This document shows positions 1-11,130 of a stretch of 51,652 bases of DNA, piece by piece; position 1 is the first letter of the stretch; each line of letters starts with the position of its first letter. The translations under genes were made by a program, and so were the position numbers. Where the stretch lies: the NCBI RefSeq assembly GCF_001194135.2, contig NC_068982.1:92565086-92616737 (forward strand), in the 5' to 3' direction. The notes beneath the pieces are model-generated. The model ran no database searches. It saw only the letters and a list, made by a program, of their open reading frames with translations, and was not told the origin of the DNA. Source of the stretch: Octopus bimaculoides (Eukaryota).

Positions 1-69
1 TTAGTGCCTTATTATTTAACATACTCACCTATAAAGTTTCCACTCATTTACTTAATTAATTTTTCTAAT

Positions 70-225
70 ATGTATGTATGTATGTATGCATGCATGTAAG
101 TGTGTGTATGCATGTATGTATGTGTGTGTGTGCATATGTATATATGTATGTATGTGTGTATGTTTGTATGTATGTATTCTGCATATTCATGTGTTTGTGT
201 TTGTGTGTTCCTGTTTGTATGTTTT

Positions 226-264
<39 letters not shown>

Positions 265-660
265 CTCTGTCCCCTTGTGTGTTCATGTCTGAGTGTGTTT
301 GTGTCTCTGTGTGTGTATAGGTTTTTGTGACTATGTACTATGTCTGTATGTATGGATGTGTGTCTCCATATGTGTCCTTGTGTGAAGTGAAGTGTATGTG
401 TATATGTATATGGTCATGTATTTCAGTCTTTGTTCGCATATGTATGTGTGTATGTGTGCTTGTCTGTTCATATTACCTATGTNNNNNNNNNNTCTTTGTT
501 CGCATATGTATGTGTGTATGTGTGCTTGTCTGTTCATATTACCTATGTACCTATCTGTCTGTATGTCTATCTGTTTACATTCATATCCATTTGCCTACAT
601 ACATGTGCATATACATATACGTACACACACGTGCACACACACACACACACATCTACATAA
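70..660. repeat. Compound (TG)n/(TATG)n/(CA)n microsatellite region with a 10-N gap at 483-492
   Basis: Directly visible di- and tetranucleotide runs; all ORFs here are low-complexity (CVCV/HTHT). Confidence 0.95.
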
Positions 661-2567
661 CAGCCCACAATGCTTCTAGGTGTCTCCCATATGTATGTCA
701 TGTTCATGTCTTTACAAGCACTTTCTATGCATCCTATGCTGTAGATTACATTTCTAGTTCTGCAGTTAATGCCAGGGTTAATCCTACATAACATTCAGTT
801 ATCATTAGCACATATGGTATCCTCAAAGGGGTACATCCTACATAGTTGTGATCTGATGGAGCTCCCTGGTTTTTCAACAATCTTAATGTTGAGTTTGGTC
901 TCCTTCAGAGCTTTCCTAAATCTACGAGCTAGTTCTCCATGAGCTGTAGCCTCTACAAACATCATTCCTTGATATTTGTCAGTTTTATCCTGTGTGTTCA
1001 CCCTGTTTGCTTTGTCACAAGCTCTTTGTATTCTATTCCAGTCTTTGCTTCTATATCTAGGGCAGGTACCACTGGTTTCATTGCATATAATGTTATCTAA
1101 CTTCTTTCTAGCACCCCTGTATACTCGAACCCTATCTTACTGATCATATCCAGAGAATTGCATGCAGTGCATGAAGTTCTGTACATGTTTCTTCATTTCA
1201 TAGGGTTTGCATAGTGGGGATACATTGTTCATTAAACTAAGTCTGCTTTCAATATGTTAATTTTCATGTTGTGTGACAAGGCTGAGTTCTTGTGAACAAC
1301 ATATTTAGAAACTATGGGTTTCATGTAATAGGAGTGGAGGAGTTGCACTCTATTGTTCACAGTCTCTAACCAAAGTTCAGTATCAAGGACAGGGGGTCTA
1401 TTGTTGGGGTGCCTAGTGGGGTAATCTATAGTTACCTTGATACTTTGGTGGATGAAGTTAGCTACTTGCTGGATGTTCCTCTCAGTTTCTACATTACTGT
1501 TACTAGAGTTGGTCTTAACCCGTATATTAATGTCGTCCCCATACCTACTGTAAAGTAAAAGAGTTATGGAATGTTCTGCTAAAGATTGCTTAAGTTTTCT
1601 GTCCCACCAGGTCATGAAGAGGGTGGCTACATCTCCAGCTATACTGACACCAATGGCTGCACCTTGAACCTGCATGTATAGTTTCTTGTTAAACTTTACT
1701 ATGTGGTTCTAGGTGGTTCTTATGCTAGCCCCTATTGCATGTGCAATCATTCCTGTCACCTGATCGTTGTTCTCAGGGTCGTGGGTAAGTACAGTCCAGC
1801 CACTCCAGTGCTCTGCAGTGCTTTTCTTCACTGCTGAGAAGATGGTGAGTGGTCTTTCCCTCTGTGACCTGGTGGAGCAGAATCTACTGAGGTCATGGTC
1901 ATCTAAATAGTCACTGTCGTAGCTTAGTCTAAAGAGGAGGCCCACTTCCCTCATGTTGACTTCATGGAACTCTACTTCACTCTCATTGATTATCTCAATG
2001 CATTTCTCCACAGCAAAATCTATGTCTGTAGATGGGTAGAGTGAAATCACATCCATACTACCCACTACACAACCTGTGAGGTCGTTGGAGTGGTTGCAAT
2101 TACTGATTTTACTGAGATCCTCTGTGCTCACACAGACATCTGGGGACATTTCTTTGAGAGGTCGTAATACCTGCAAGAGGAAGTAGGACAGTCTAAAATC
2201 GCTGGAGATATTCGCTTGTAAACTGGTCATGTTAGGGGCCCCATAACAGGGTTTATGTAGGGTTTATGGTCTTTATGTAACCCGTACAGTGTAGGAACAT
2301 CATTGTTGAATACTTGAAAATTGTGTGCAGTTCATTTCTTAGGTTGGAGTATGTTGCACCACATTCCCATGTGTGCATTGAGGAGTTTTTCCACTCTTTC
2401 ATTTTCCTGTGGTGCAACTTCTCTCATGCTACTAATGTGTTGTTGCATGGTCTGGATATATAGTTCTGTGGGCTGTCTATTGACAGTCTGCCAGATTTGT
2501 CCATAGGGAGGCACAGTAATTCCCTGTTCCTAATTTGCTGTTTCAGTTTTTGTAGCCCTTTGGGAAA
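660..2567 (-). mobile_element. Degenerate Penelope-like retroelement (RT + linker + start of C-terminal GIY-YIG endonuclease)
   Basis: Frameshifted minus-strand ORFs give PLE RT motifs: xDKSG (2424-2666), VVGSMDVISLYPS (1709-2230), QVQGAAIG and YSRYGDD (1232-1675). These are followed by FVEATAHGEL..IKIVEKPG (795-1001) and C-x4-(stop)-x2-C..NCRTRNVIYSIGC..C..YIWET (567-794). It ends in a (CA)n tract. Confidence 0.9.
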
Positions 2568-3077
2568 CCTATTAAACAAATATTGCATAAAAAACAGTAA
2601 ACACCAGGAGAAAAACCTGAAAAAACAACTGACAAGAGCAAAATTCTCATCAGAGAATAAAACCAAATTCTTTGTAAAAGAGTGTGGAGATGGTAGATGT
2701 GATCTGCAGTAACCTCATCTACAAATATAGAGAGGGAAACAAACAAATTAAATTTAAGAGTGGTCACACATTCAAAGTAAATGCAGACATGAATTGCAAG
2801 ACGCAGAACGTAATATACTGTATAATCTGTCCCACATGCAAGGAGAATTATATAGGCAAAACTGGAAATTCTTTATGCCAACAAGCCAGAATTCACCAAC
2901 AATATGTCTGACAGGAGGAACTGCGAAAGATTCCACTGAGTAAACACTTAGAAACATGTGGAGAAGGAAAATTTAAGATCTTTCCCTTCTATAAATGCCC
3001 AAGGAATGACACCTTCTTCAGAAAAAATATGGAACAACTCTTCATAACAATATTCTCCCCTAAACTGAATGGCTGAA
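2567..3077 (+). mobile_element. Penelope-like element 3' fragment, Neptune-type GIY-YIG endonuclease
   Basis: KHQEKNLKKQLTRAKF..ECGDGRC and MNCKTQNVIYCIICPTCKENYIGKTG..RIHQQ..SKHLETC..FITIFSPKLNG across frameshifts; typical PLE endonuclease with its Cys/His motif. Confidence 0.85.
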
Positions 3078-3281
3078 AATATGAAAATCACAGCAACTTC
3101 CCTATAAACCCATCTGTAACAATTAGCTTCGTCTGTGTAATAATGTCCTCACAATGTACAAGAAATTGTATGCATATCTGTTTCATTGAGCTCCTTCACA
3201 AGACATTTTCCCTTGTACATTATTACCCATCCTAATATCTTCATTTTTGTAAAGAATTGTTCCTTATCTTCATTCCTCTTG

Positions 3282-3284
<3 letters not shown>

Positions 3285-3319
<35 letters not shown>

Positions 3320-3440
3320 CTGTGACTGGTGCAATATCACTATTTCTGTAATGATTTGTACTGGATGAAGGACCACTTTTGTAAAGTAAACTATAATTTT
3401 ATATTAAGCACACACACACACACACACACGCACACACACA
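3285..3440. repeat. (TA)n and (CA)n microsatellites
   Basis: Visible runs at about 3285-3318 and 3409-3440. Confidence 0.95.
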
Positions 3441-3977
3441 GTACTATACATATGTGTATATGCATAAATAGAAACTTTCTTACATCCAGATTTTCCAACC
3501 CATACCAGCACAGGAATCAAGCATTGGACAAGGATGATGATGATGATAATAAATACAGACAATTTTTTTCAAAATTACTTTTATTAACCAACTTGTCATC
3601 TTCTATTGAAAGAACTGACCAGCTGTATAGATGTAAACACAATTTTTTCTTCTTCCTTTCTTCCTTCTTTCTTTCCTTCTCTTTTCCATTGACACTTCTT
3701 TTGGATACACAATCACACACACACACACAAAAACACACACACTCTCTCTCACTTTCTCCCCATTCCTCACCCTCTTTTACTATCCTATATCTCTCTCCAC
3801 CCCTACACACTCAATAATACTATAAAAAGAGACGAATCCCCTCAAAAAAATTTAAATCTGAAGAATCTACTAGAGTAGATGCAAGCGCTATTATATGATT
3901 AATAAAAACATGTGACATATTAATAAAAATTTGTAAATGTACAGCCATCCAGATCTCTGAGTATCTTATTTTTTCTA

Positions 3978-4009
<32 letters not shown>

Positions 4010-4429
4010 GAGTGAATGAGTGTGTGTGTGTGTGTACCTGCTCCTTTTCTATAGCCATTTATCATTCTATCTCTGTCTACCTATCAGTCTGCCTGCTTGC
4101 TTGTCTGTCTATTTATCTATCTATCTATCTGTCTATCTAGCTATCTGCTCATATATCAATGTGTCTCTGTCTCTTTCCTCTGTTCTTTCTTATTTATTTT
4201 ATTGTGGGTAATTAACAGAGTCGCTAGAGTATTGGATAGAATACCTCATAGTATTTGTCCTGACTTATTGCACTCTCAGTTCAACTCCTACCCAGGTCTA
4301 CTTTATTATGTACCCTCTCAGAGTCAATAAAGAGTACCAAACCAGGATCAACAAAAGTGCTAGTGGGTCAGGTAAGATGTCTTGAAATATCTATTCCAAA
4401 TCTTTGCAAATTCATAGAGGCATTCCATC

Positions 4430-4560
4430 TATCATCAAATTCTGCTGAAGCTGATTTTGCCTTTCATCCTTTGGGGAAGGTGGGGAGTCAATGAAATAAG
4501 TACCAGTTAAGCACTGGGGTCATTGTAATTGATTAATCCTCTACCTAACCAAATTTCAGG
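4430..4560 (+). mobile_element. tRNA-derived SINE remnant (family A)
   Basis: Contains the family A block TTTGCCTTTCATCCTTT..AATAAGTACCAGTT..ACTGGGGTC..GTAAT, repeated at 8005, 32555, 32780 and 33352. Confidence 0.7.
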
Positions 4561-4755
4561 ACTTATTGTTTTAACATCCATTTTCTATGCTTGAATGAGT
4601 CAGAAATAATTTATTGAGGCACATTTCTATGGCTGGATACTCAGTCCTTTGCACATGAATAACACAATATCCAGACATATTTTCATGGAAGATTTATTTA
4701 TCATTTTTATTTTCATATTAACATTCTGATAAATAGATAAAATAATAACTCTTAC

Positions 4756-5119
4756 CTTTTCTAAGTCCAGCCAAAAATGCCATTCCATTTTGAGTAACTT
4801 CTATTACAGTGACAAATTTGTCACTAGAAATAGAAAAACCACAATCTTTCAGCCTTCCACAGTGTAAGACAAATTCACATAACTCAGACACAATTCCAAG
4901 AGAAGTTGGAAAGCTTTTCTTGCTCTTCATTAGAACCATGATTACATCTGCAGACAACCCATCAACATCATAACCATCAAATTCAATTATTCTATCTCCA
5001 ATTTGGAGGCCAAATTCTTCAGCAATGCTATCTTTTTCTATTGATGCAATAAATGCTGGACCATTTCCAACAAGCTTTAAACCATATTTCTGAAGCCAGG
5101 TCTTCTTAGCTAAAGCCAT
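4756..5119 (-). CDS. GRID2IP: First coding exon of a delphilin-like PDZ-domain (formin) gene: PDZ1 plus the first part of a second PDZ
   Basis: MALAKKTWLQKYGLKLVGNGPAFIASIEKDSIAEEFGLQIGDRIIEFDGYDVDGLSAD..FPTSLGIV matches, from memory, the delphilin N-terminus pattern W..dFG.rL.G.GPcF..GL..GD.I.E..G..V.GLS..P.SLGV. Acceptor ttctcattacag| opens the exon at 5173 (54-nt 5'UTR). Donor AAAG|GTAAGA is at 4756/4755 (phase 1). Later exons are not in the window. Confidence 0.78.
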
Positions 5120-5329
5120 TTTATTAGGTAAAGTAAAACATTATGAGTGGGTGACTCATTTGTTTTGGTAAACCTGTAATGAGAATTTTAAGGAAATAGA
5201 AAAATGTATGAGTAATTTACTTAGATTATATTTTTAGGACTTTTTTTAAAAATTTGATTTTCCTTTCAAATATAAAGAATAAATTTTTACCATGTTATAG
5301 AAGATAACTCTTTCAAAGAATTTAATGAT

Positions 5330-5990
5330 ATCTTATATAGAAATTTTGGGAGCCAAAACTGAAAACTATGGAAAGAAAAGAGAACAAACTTTACCCACCA
5401 GTGGCTCAAAACAAACTGGTATATGGGGCAACCTCAATGTTAATAAGGGAATGTAGTTTCTGTATGAAGAGTTAATCAAAATCTGTCAAAAACATACTCC
5501 ACATAAACTCATCTGTTCCTGCAAGAGCTTGATTCCATGCAATAGATGGATACTAATGCATAAGAGAACCAAACTAATAAAGCAACGTAAATACCCAAGC
5601 TCTCTCAACAGATGAGATTGTGGAAAAAAATAAGAAAATAAAAAGTACTGAGGTGGACCTAAAAATGTCTTATGAAAAAGAAACTTCCCTGAAGGAACAC
5701 TGAGCAGTGTAGAATATAAAGCCTAATTCCTAAGTTTTTTCCCATTTTGCTAAACAAAAATCATCTACATATAACCAGATTAATCCGCTGGTAGACCAAA
5801 ATGGATTATATACAAATGATTCATCATAAATATGCACACTCTTGAGTTAGCAATAAAACAGTTCATTTTCCCAACCCATAACCAACAAATGAATTCTTTG
5901 ATCCCCAGAATTCAACTGCAGAGACATATCTAGAAATTAATGATATTATGGAAGATGATATACTTGTAGCTATCAATTTACCATCAACCA
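5330..5990 (+). mobile_element. Degenerate CR1/L2-like LINE fragment (endonuclease-RT linker)
   Basis: Frameshifted translation ..FAKQKSSTYNQINPLVDQNGLYTND..SSFSQP..DPQNSTAETYLEINDIMEDDILVAIN resembles the CR1-clade pre-RT region. Confidence 0.55.
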
Positions 5991-6339
5991 CACCTTCACT
6001 CTTGCTTGCCATTCACTACATTCACCTCTAACCCCATCTCTAACCATCAGTTAATCTCCTCTCATACAATCATGAAATTAACCACCTTCTCCTCTCCACC
6101 TGACTCATTGTCTGTATTCTCTCTTATATTCTACTTTATGCTTTGAGGGGAGCCCTGACACCTCATCACCACCATCTTTATCTCTCTTTTAAGTTATTTC
6201 CACCCACTCTTATATAATGTGGGGTAGCCATGTATCTCTAAAGCAAGACATCTTTTCCTGCCCCTTTTGGCTTAGTATGAAGCCACCTCCCTCTCTACTA
6301 CAACTCCAGTTAGTTGAGGGCCTTTTTCCTTGTCATGCA

Positions 6340-6545
6340 AGACACTTAACTACATCACTACTGTTGGTGTCCTTCAGAGAAAAAGCACCCAGTACTCTCT
6401 GTAAAGTGGTTGGTATGAAGAAAGGTATTCATCTATAGAAATCATGCCAAAACAGACATTGGAGCTTGACACAGTTCTCTAACTCACCGGATCCTGTTGA
6501 ACCATCCAATCCATGCCAGCATAAAAGATAAGTGTTTAATGATGA
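6340..6545 (+). mobile_element. RTE LINE 3' end fragment
   Basis: AACCATCCAATCCATGCCAGCAT..TTTAATGATGAT tail shared with the other RTE 3' ends in the window. Confidence 0.6.
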
Positions 6546-8004
6546 TAAAAAAATGTTTTTTTAAAAGCTGTGCTAAAGCACTTTTTGTGCCTTATTTGGT
6601 GTGCTGTGGTTCAAGGAATATTGAAAATTTCTGCTCTAAACCAATAAAAATGGTAAAAAAATAATTGTTTCATACATTGAGAGGCTGATTGTTATTAGCA
6701 ATAGCAGGTGTGATGTTCTTGTTGCTATTGGGTATACTAACTCCCTAATAATCAGCTTTGAGCACATTAATGGCACAGAGGAACTTCTCAAAGAAAACAT
6801 TTATGAGTTCTCACAGTAAGAGCTTCTCTGTTTTCATTATAATGCATGAGATCATACAAGTTAGTGAGATTGCTAAGAAAGAATAACCTTCCACACTAAG
6901 AAGGCTGAATGACTACAAAGGCACTTTCTCAGTAATATGATATTGGATGTTTATATTTCTCCTGATCTAATCTATCTTTCAGATTGTCTAATGAATTTCA
7001 TTTAAGTGGTATAAATAGATGACAAATAAATAAACCTAATCTGTCACACAGTTTAACACCATCACCTGGCACTTTGAGTGTCTTTAGCAGTCAACTCTGT
7101 TGTTAGCTCTGAGACTAAAAGATATTAAAAAAAAAAAAAACAAGACCAGCTCTGACCTATTTAGTTTACTACTGTGACCTTGACATAATACTGTAGTTGT
7201 GAGGAAACTGTAAACATCTTTTAATTCAATATTTCTATATTTTGTTATTGAAAAAGGAAATTTGCACAATTTTGAGTTTCAATTATTTTTATTGTGAATT
7301 CTAGTAACAAAAATAAAGCAAACTCAGTGATAGTATGTCTAGTAATGTACTTATTTAAGTCTAATGATATAGTTTCACTGTGAAGAACTTATTTATAACA
7401 AAGCTGTAGTTTCAAGAGGTCCTTTATTTATGGAAACCTTCAACTGAATAACTAAGCTACCTTCATCACACCTGCAGCCATGTTTATAGAATTCTCCACT
7501 TAAAGCCTTATGAGTGTATTATCAAGATTCTTCTTTCAGGAATTATATCACCATTTGTTATTTCATCTCTAATGAAACTTTCTGGATTTCAAGAATACTG
7601 ATATGAAAAGTTCTGTCACCAAGAGCATAGGTAGCAATTATTCTATTGTACTTATTTGAACCTTAACTACTAGATTGTTGGTTAGGCATCACAAGTGAGC
7701 CACCACAGTTTCATGTGATTGATCTATAAATCAATCAAACAACATGAAGCTGTAGCATGATATGGCTTCTCTGTGTTCTAGAATTTACCTTTTTGTTGCT
7801 TTATATAAACAGATAAGTGCCTAATTCACAAGGCAAACAACTTCTGGCATTCGAGCAGACAGCTTCTTACTTTGCACAGAGGATTTCAGGTTTTTGGACT
7901 GATATTGAACATTCACATATGTCCCCATAAGTAGCTTTCTATGGACATGGTGTGGTTTTTCTCTCTTCTTAGTTAGCAGTCATATTATTAATATTCTTCA
8001 TTGT

Positions 8005-8200
8005 AAAGGCAGTGAGTTGGCAGAATCATTAGCATACCAGGTAAAATATTTAGTGGCATTTTGTCTGTCTTTACACTGTGAATTCAAATTCCATTGGGGT
8101 TCAACTTTGCTTTTCATTCTTTCTAGGTTGATAAAATAAGTACCAGTTAACCCCACTCCCTCAGAGCTGCTGACCTTGTGCCAAAATTTGAAATCAATAT
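8005..8200 (+). mobile_element. tRNA-derived SINE (family A)
   Basis: Head GGCAGTGAGTTGGCAGAATCATTAGCA (A-box-like), GAATTCAAATTCC (B-box-like), core AATAAGTACCAGTT, tail CCAAAATTTGAAA. Confidence 0.8.
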
Positions 8201-8289
8201 TTTCCATTGTAAATAATCAATGTCAAATATCATGTCTGGCAATAAATATTGAAGTTAAATGTTTGTGACATTGCTTCAGTTATTATTCA

Positions 8290-8445
8290 CGCTGCCAACA
8301 GCATCTAATATCACAAACAGCATCTCCGTATAGGGCTTGTACAGCCCTTATTAACCATTTGTCAATCCCCAGTTTCCACATTGCCCACCAGATAAGGGAT
8401 CGGGGGACCTTGTCAAAGGCTTTCTCCAAGCAACTCTATGACATT
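8290..8445 (-). mobile_element. RTE LINE RT fragment
   Basis: Minus-strand translation ..LEKAFDKVPRSLIWWAMWKLGIDKWLIRAVQALYGDAV; paralogous to 10050-10175. Confidence 0.8.
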
Positions 8446-8509
8446 ATCTTTACTTTTGTCCATTCTAAAGTTGACTGTTGATTAATTTATCATGTAGTAT
8501 GTCATCGTG

Positions 8510-11130
8510 ATTATCATCATCCTCATCATTATCACCATTATCATCGTTTAACGTCCATGGGTTGGACAGTTTGACTGGGGTCTGGGAAGCTGCACCAGGC
8601 TCCAGTCTAATCTGGCAGTGTTTCTACAGCTGGATGCCCTTCCTAACACCAACCACTCTGAGAGTGTAGTGGGTGCTTTTTACGTGCCACCGGCACAGGG
8701 GCCAGAGGAGGCTGGCAATGACAACAATTGGTTGGTGCTTTTTACGTGCCACCAGCATGGAAGCCAGGCAAATTGGTGTTGGCATTGGCCATGTTCGGAT
8801 GGTACTTTTACGTGCCACCAGCATGGGGATCTCAACTACAATTTCCATTTGATTTTGATGTACTTGACTCAATAGGTCTCCTCAAGCACGGCATGTCACC
8901 TTATGATCCAAGGTACTTTTGAGTGGGCTGGTTATGTGGCAGTGGTGTAGGCTACAGCTGTGAACTCACTTTATTTGCTGGGTCTTCTCAGTCACAGCAT
9001 ATCTCCAGAAGTCTCGGTCTTTTGTCATTGTCTCTGTGAGGCCCAACATTCGAAGCTCATGCTTCACCACCTCACCCCATGTCTTCCTGGATCTCCCTCT
9101 ACCCTGGATTCCTTCCATTGTTTGGAGTGGAACTTCTTCACACAGCTCTCTTCATCCATCCATAGTACATGACCATACCAACGCAAATGTCTCTCTTGTA
9201 TGCCGTCCAACATTTCGCTCAGGGCACTTACACCCTGTCATGTATGCACACTGACATTACACATCCAGTGAATCATGCTAGCTTCATTTCTTTCGAGCCT
9301 ACGCATGTCTTCAGCAGTCATGGCCCATGTTTCACTGCTGTGAAGCATGGCAGTTTGCACAATGCATCGTACAATCTATCTTTCACTCTGAGCTAGAGGC
9401 CCTTTGTCACCAGTAAGGGTAGAAGCTTTCTGAACTTTACCCAGGTTATTCTTATTCTAGTGGTAACACTCTTTGAGCATCCACCCACACTACAGACTTG
9501 GTCCCCTAGGTAGCTTAAGCTATCAACTACTTCTAGTTTCTTCTACTGGCATGTGATGGAAACTGTTTTCTGAGCATCTGTGGTGTTTATTGCCTCTGTG
9601 CATCTGCTGCACACAAAAGCTATCTTCCCGGTTAATCTTCCTTTGATGTTGCCTCACCTTTTGTGTCCATAGCTTACACTGGGTACATCTTATGGAGTTT
9701 CCACCTACACCTTTTCTAGAGATCGAGCAGAGCCACCTACCTGAAGGGGTGTGTGATGTGTTCGCCTTCCTACTTACTAGAACTTTGGTTTTTGCAACAT
9801 TGACTCTAAGGCCATTCGATTCTAAACCGTGCTTCTACACCTGAAATTTCTTCTTTAGTTCTGGCAGTGATTCTACTACGAGGGCCAGGTCATCAGCATA
9901 GAGGAGCTCCCAAGGGCAATGTGTCTTGAATTCCTCTGTTATTGCCTGGAGGACTATGATGAATAAGAGGGGTCTGAGGGCTGATCCTTGGTGGACCCCT
10001 ACTTCTACCCGGAATTTTTCACTATACTCATTGTCAACCCTAACCTTACAAACAGCATCTCTGTATAGGGCTTGTACAGCTCTTATTAACTATTCGTCAA
10101 TACCCAGTTTCCACATCGTCCACCAGATAAGGGAACGGGGGACTTTGTGAAAGGCTTTCTCCAAGTCTACAAAAGCCAAGTATAGGGGTTTGTCTTTGGC
10201 TAGGTATTTCTCTTGTAGTATACCTGTCGCCCAGCCTCTCTTCTGGACATCTGGTACAGTTCCCTGTTACCCCCACCCTTCCAGGCTTTCCAGGCCTGTT
10301 TCTTTGCTCTAATGGCCTTGTCTACTGTATTATTCCACCACCACATTACTCTAGGTCTGGAAGGAACTTTGCACCATCCACAGACTTGGTCTGTGGCACC
10401 CAGTAAGCTGTCCCGTAGGAATTTCCATCTATCTTCTATGTCTGAGGTCTGTAGCACCTCCTTCCTCTCATCAAATTTCTTGATGAAGATGTCCCTAAAT
10501 CTCTGACCATGTGAAGGGTTCTTTAGCTTCCAAATCCTTCTTTTCTGGATTGGTCTGCTTCTTGACATCCTTCTGGCCTTGAGTCTGAATACACTAATGA
10601 CTAGCCTATGCTGGAGGGTACATTCTTCACCCAGGAAGGTCTTTGTATTTAAGAGCAACCCTGCGTCCTGCTGTCTGGTGAGGATGAATCACCTGGTTGA
10701 TAGGTTATCAGGTGGCTGTCTGGCTTCTTGAAGTTAGTGTTGCAGATTAAAAGGTTACATGCATCACAGAACTCCAGTAGCCTAGTTCCCTCATCGTTTT
10801 GGGAACCAGTACCATAGCCCCCATGTACACCAGTGAAGATACCGGATTGCTGCCCAACATGCCCATTAAAACCTCCAGCCGCAAAGATGAGGTCATTGCC
10901 ACTCGTCTTTGAGGTAGCCTGCAGAAGGGTATCATAAAAATGGTCCTTCTGATCATTTGGTAGCCCCACTTGTGGGGCATAGGCAGAGATAATTGTAGCT
11001 GTGTTGTTCTGCAGGACTAGCCTGAGCTTAAGCACTCTATCGCATACCCTGACAACCTCTATGACCTTATCCACCCATTTCTCCGCAAGGAGTATGCCTA
11101 CACCCCCTACTCCATCCATGTTACCTTGCC
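8510..11130 (-). mobile_element. RTE-clade LINE, 5'-truncated and degenerate (AP endonuclease, RT, 3'UTR, (ATG)n tail)
   Basis: APE motifs GVGILL..IISAYAPQVG..GGFNGHVG..EGTRLLEFC..CNTNF (10649-11119); linker ..MWWWNNTVDKAI (10200-10658); RT KAF..GVHQGSALSPLLFI..ELLYADD (about 9890-10170); 3'UTR with repeated GGTGCTTTTTACGTGCCACC; tail TAAACGATGATGAT. Confidence 0.93.

Noticed and set aside
426-549. Direct duplications flanking 10-N gaps (also 22447-22542 and about 24948-25057)
   Set aside because: Identical sequence on both sides of a fixed 10-N gap is a scaffolding overlap artefact, not a biological tandem repeat.
65-679. Many ORFs rich in CV/HT/YI, poly-I, poly-D, poly-S or poly-M (also 12566-12917, 33149-33386, 50030-50303)
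   Set aside because: These are translations of microsatellites with no splice or homology support.
795-797. In-frame TGA at a conserved Cys of the PLE C-x4-C-x2-C motif (CANDN*MLC), suggestive of selenocysteine as described for some Naiad PLEs
   Set aside because: The second copy has TGC at the same position (47526-47528, CTDRNCIAC), and copy 1 carries many other stops and frameshifts, so a TGC-to-TGA point mutation is simpler. A family consensus with TGA plus a SECIS would reopen the question.
4718-4755. C-terminal GKSYYFIYLSEC of the PDZ ORF
   Set aside because: Read-through into the intron past the G|GTAAGA donor; the PDZ fold is incomplete at that point.
8680-8830. Three spaced copies of GGTGCTTTTTACGTGCCACC resembling a repeat-spacer array
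   Set aside because: It is the internal repeat of the RTE 3'UTR (also at about 40750 and 44230); eukaryotic context and no cas genes.
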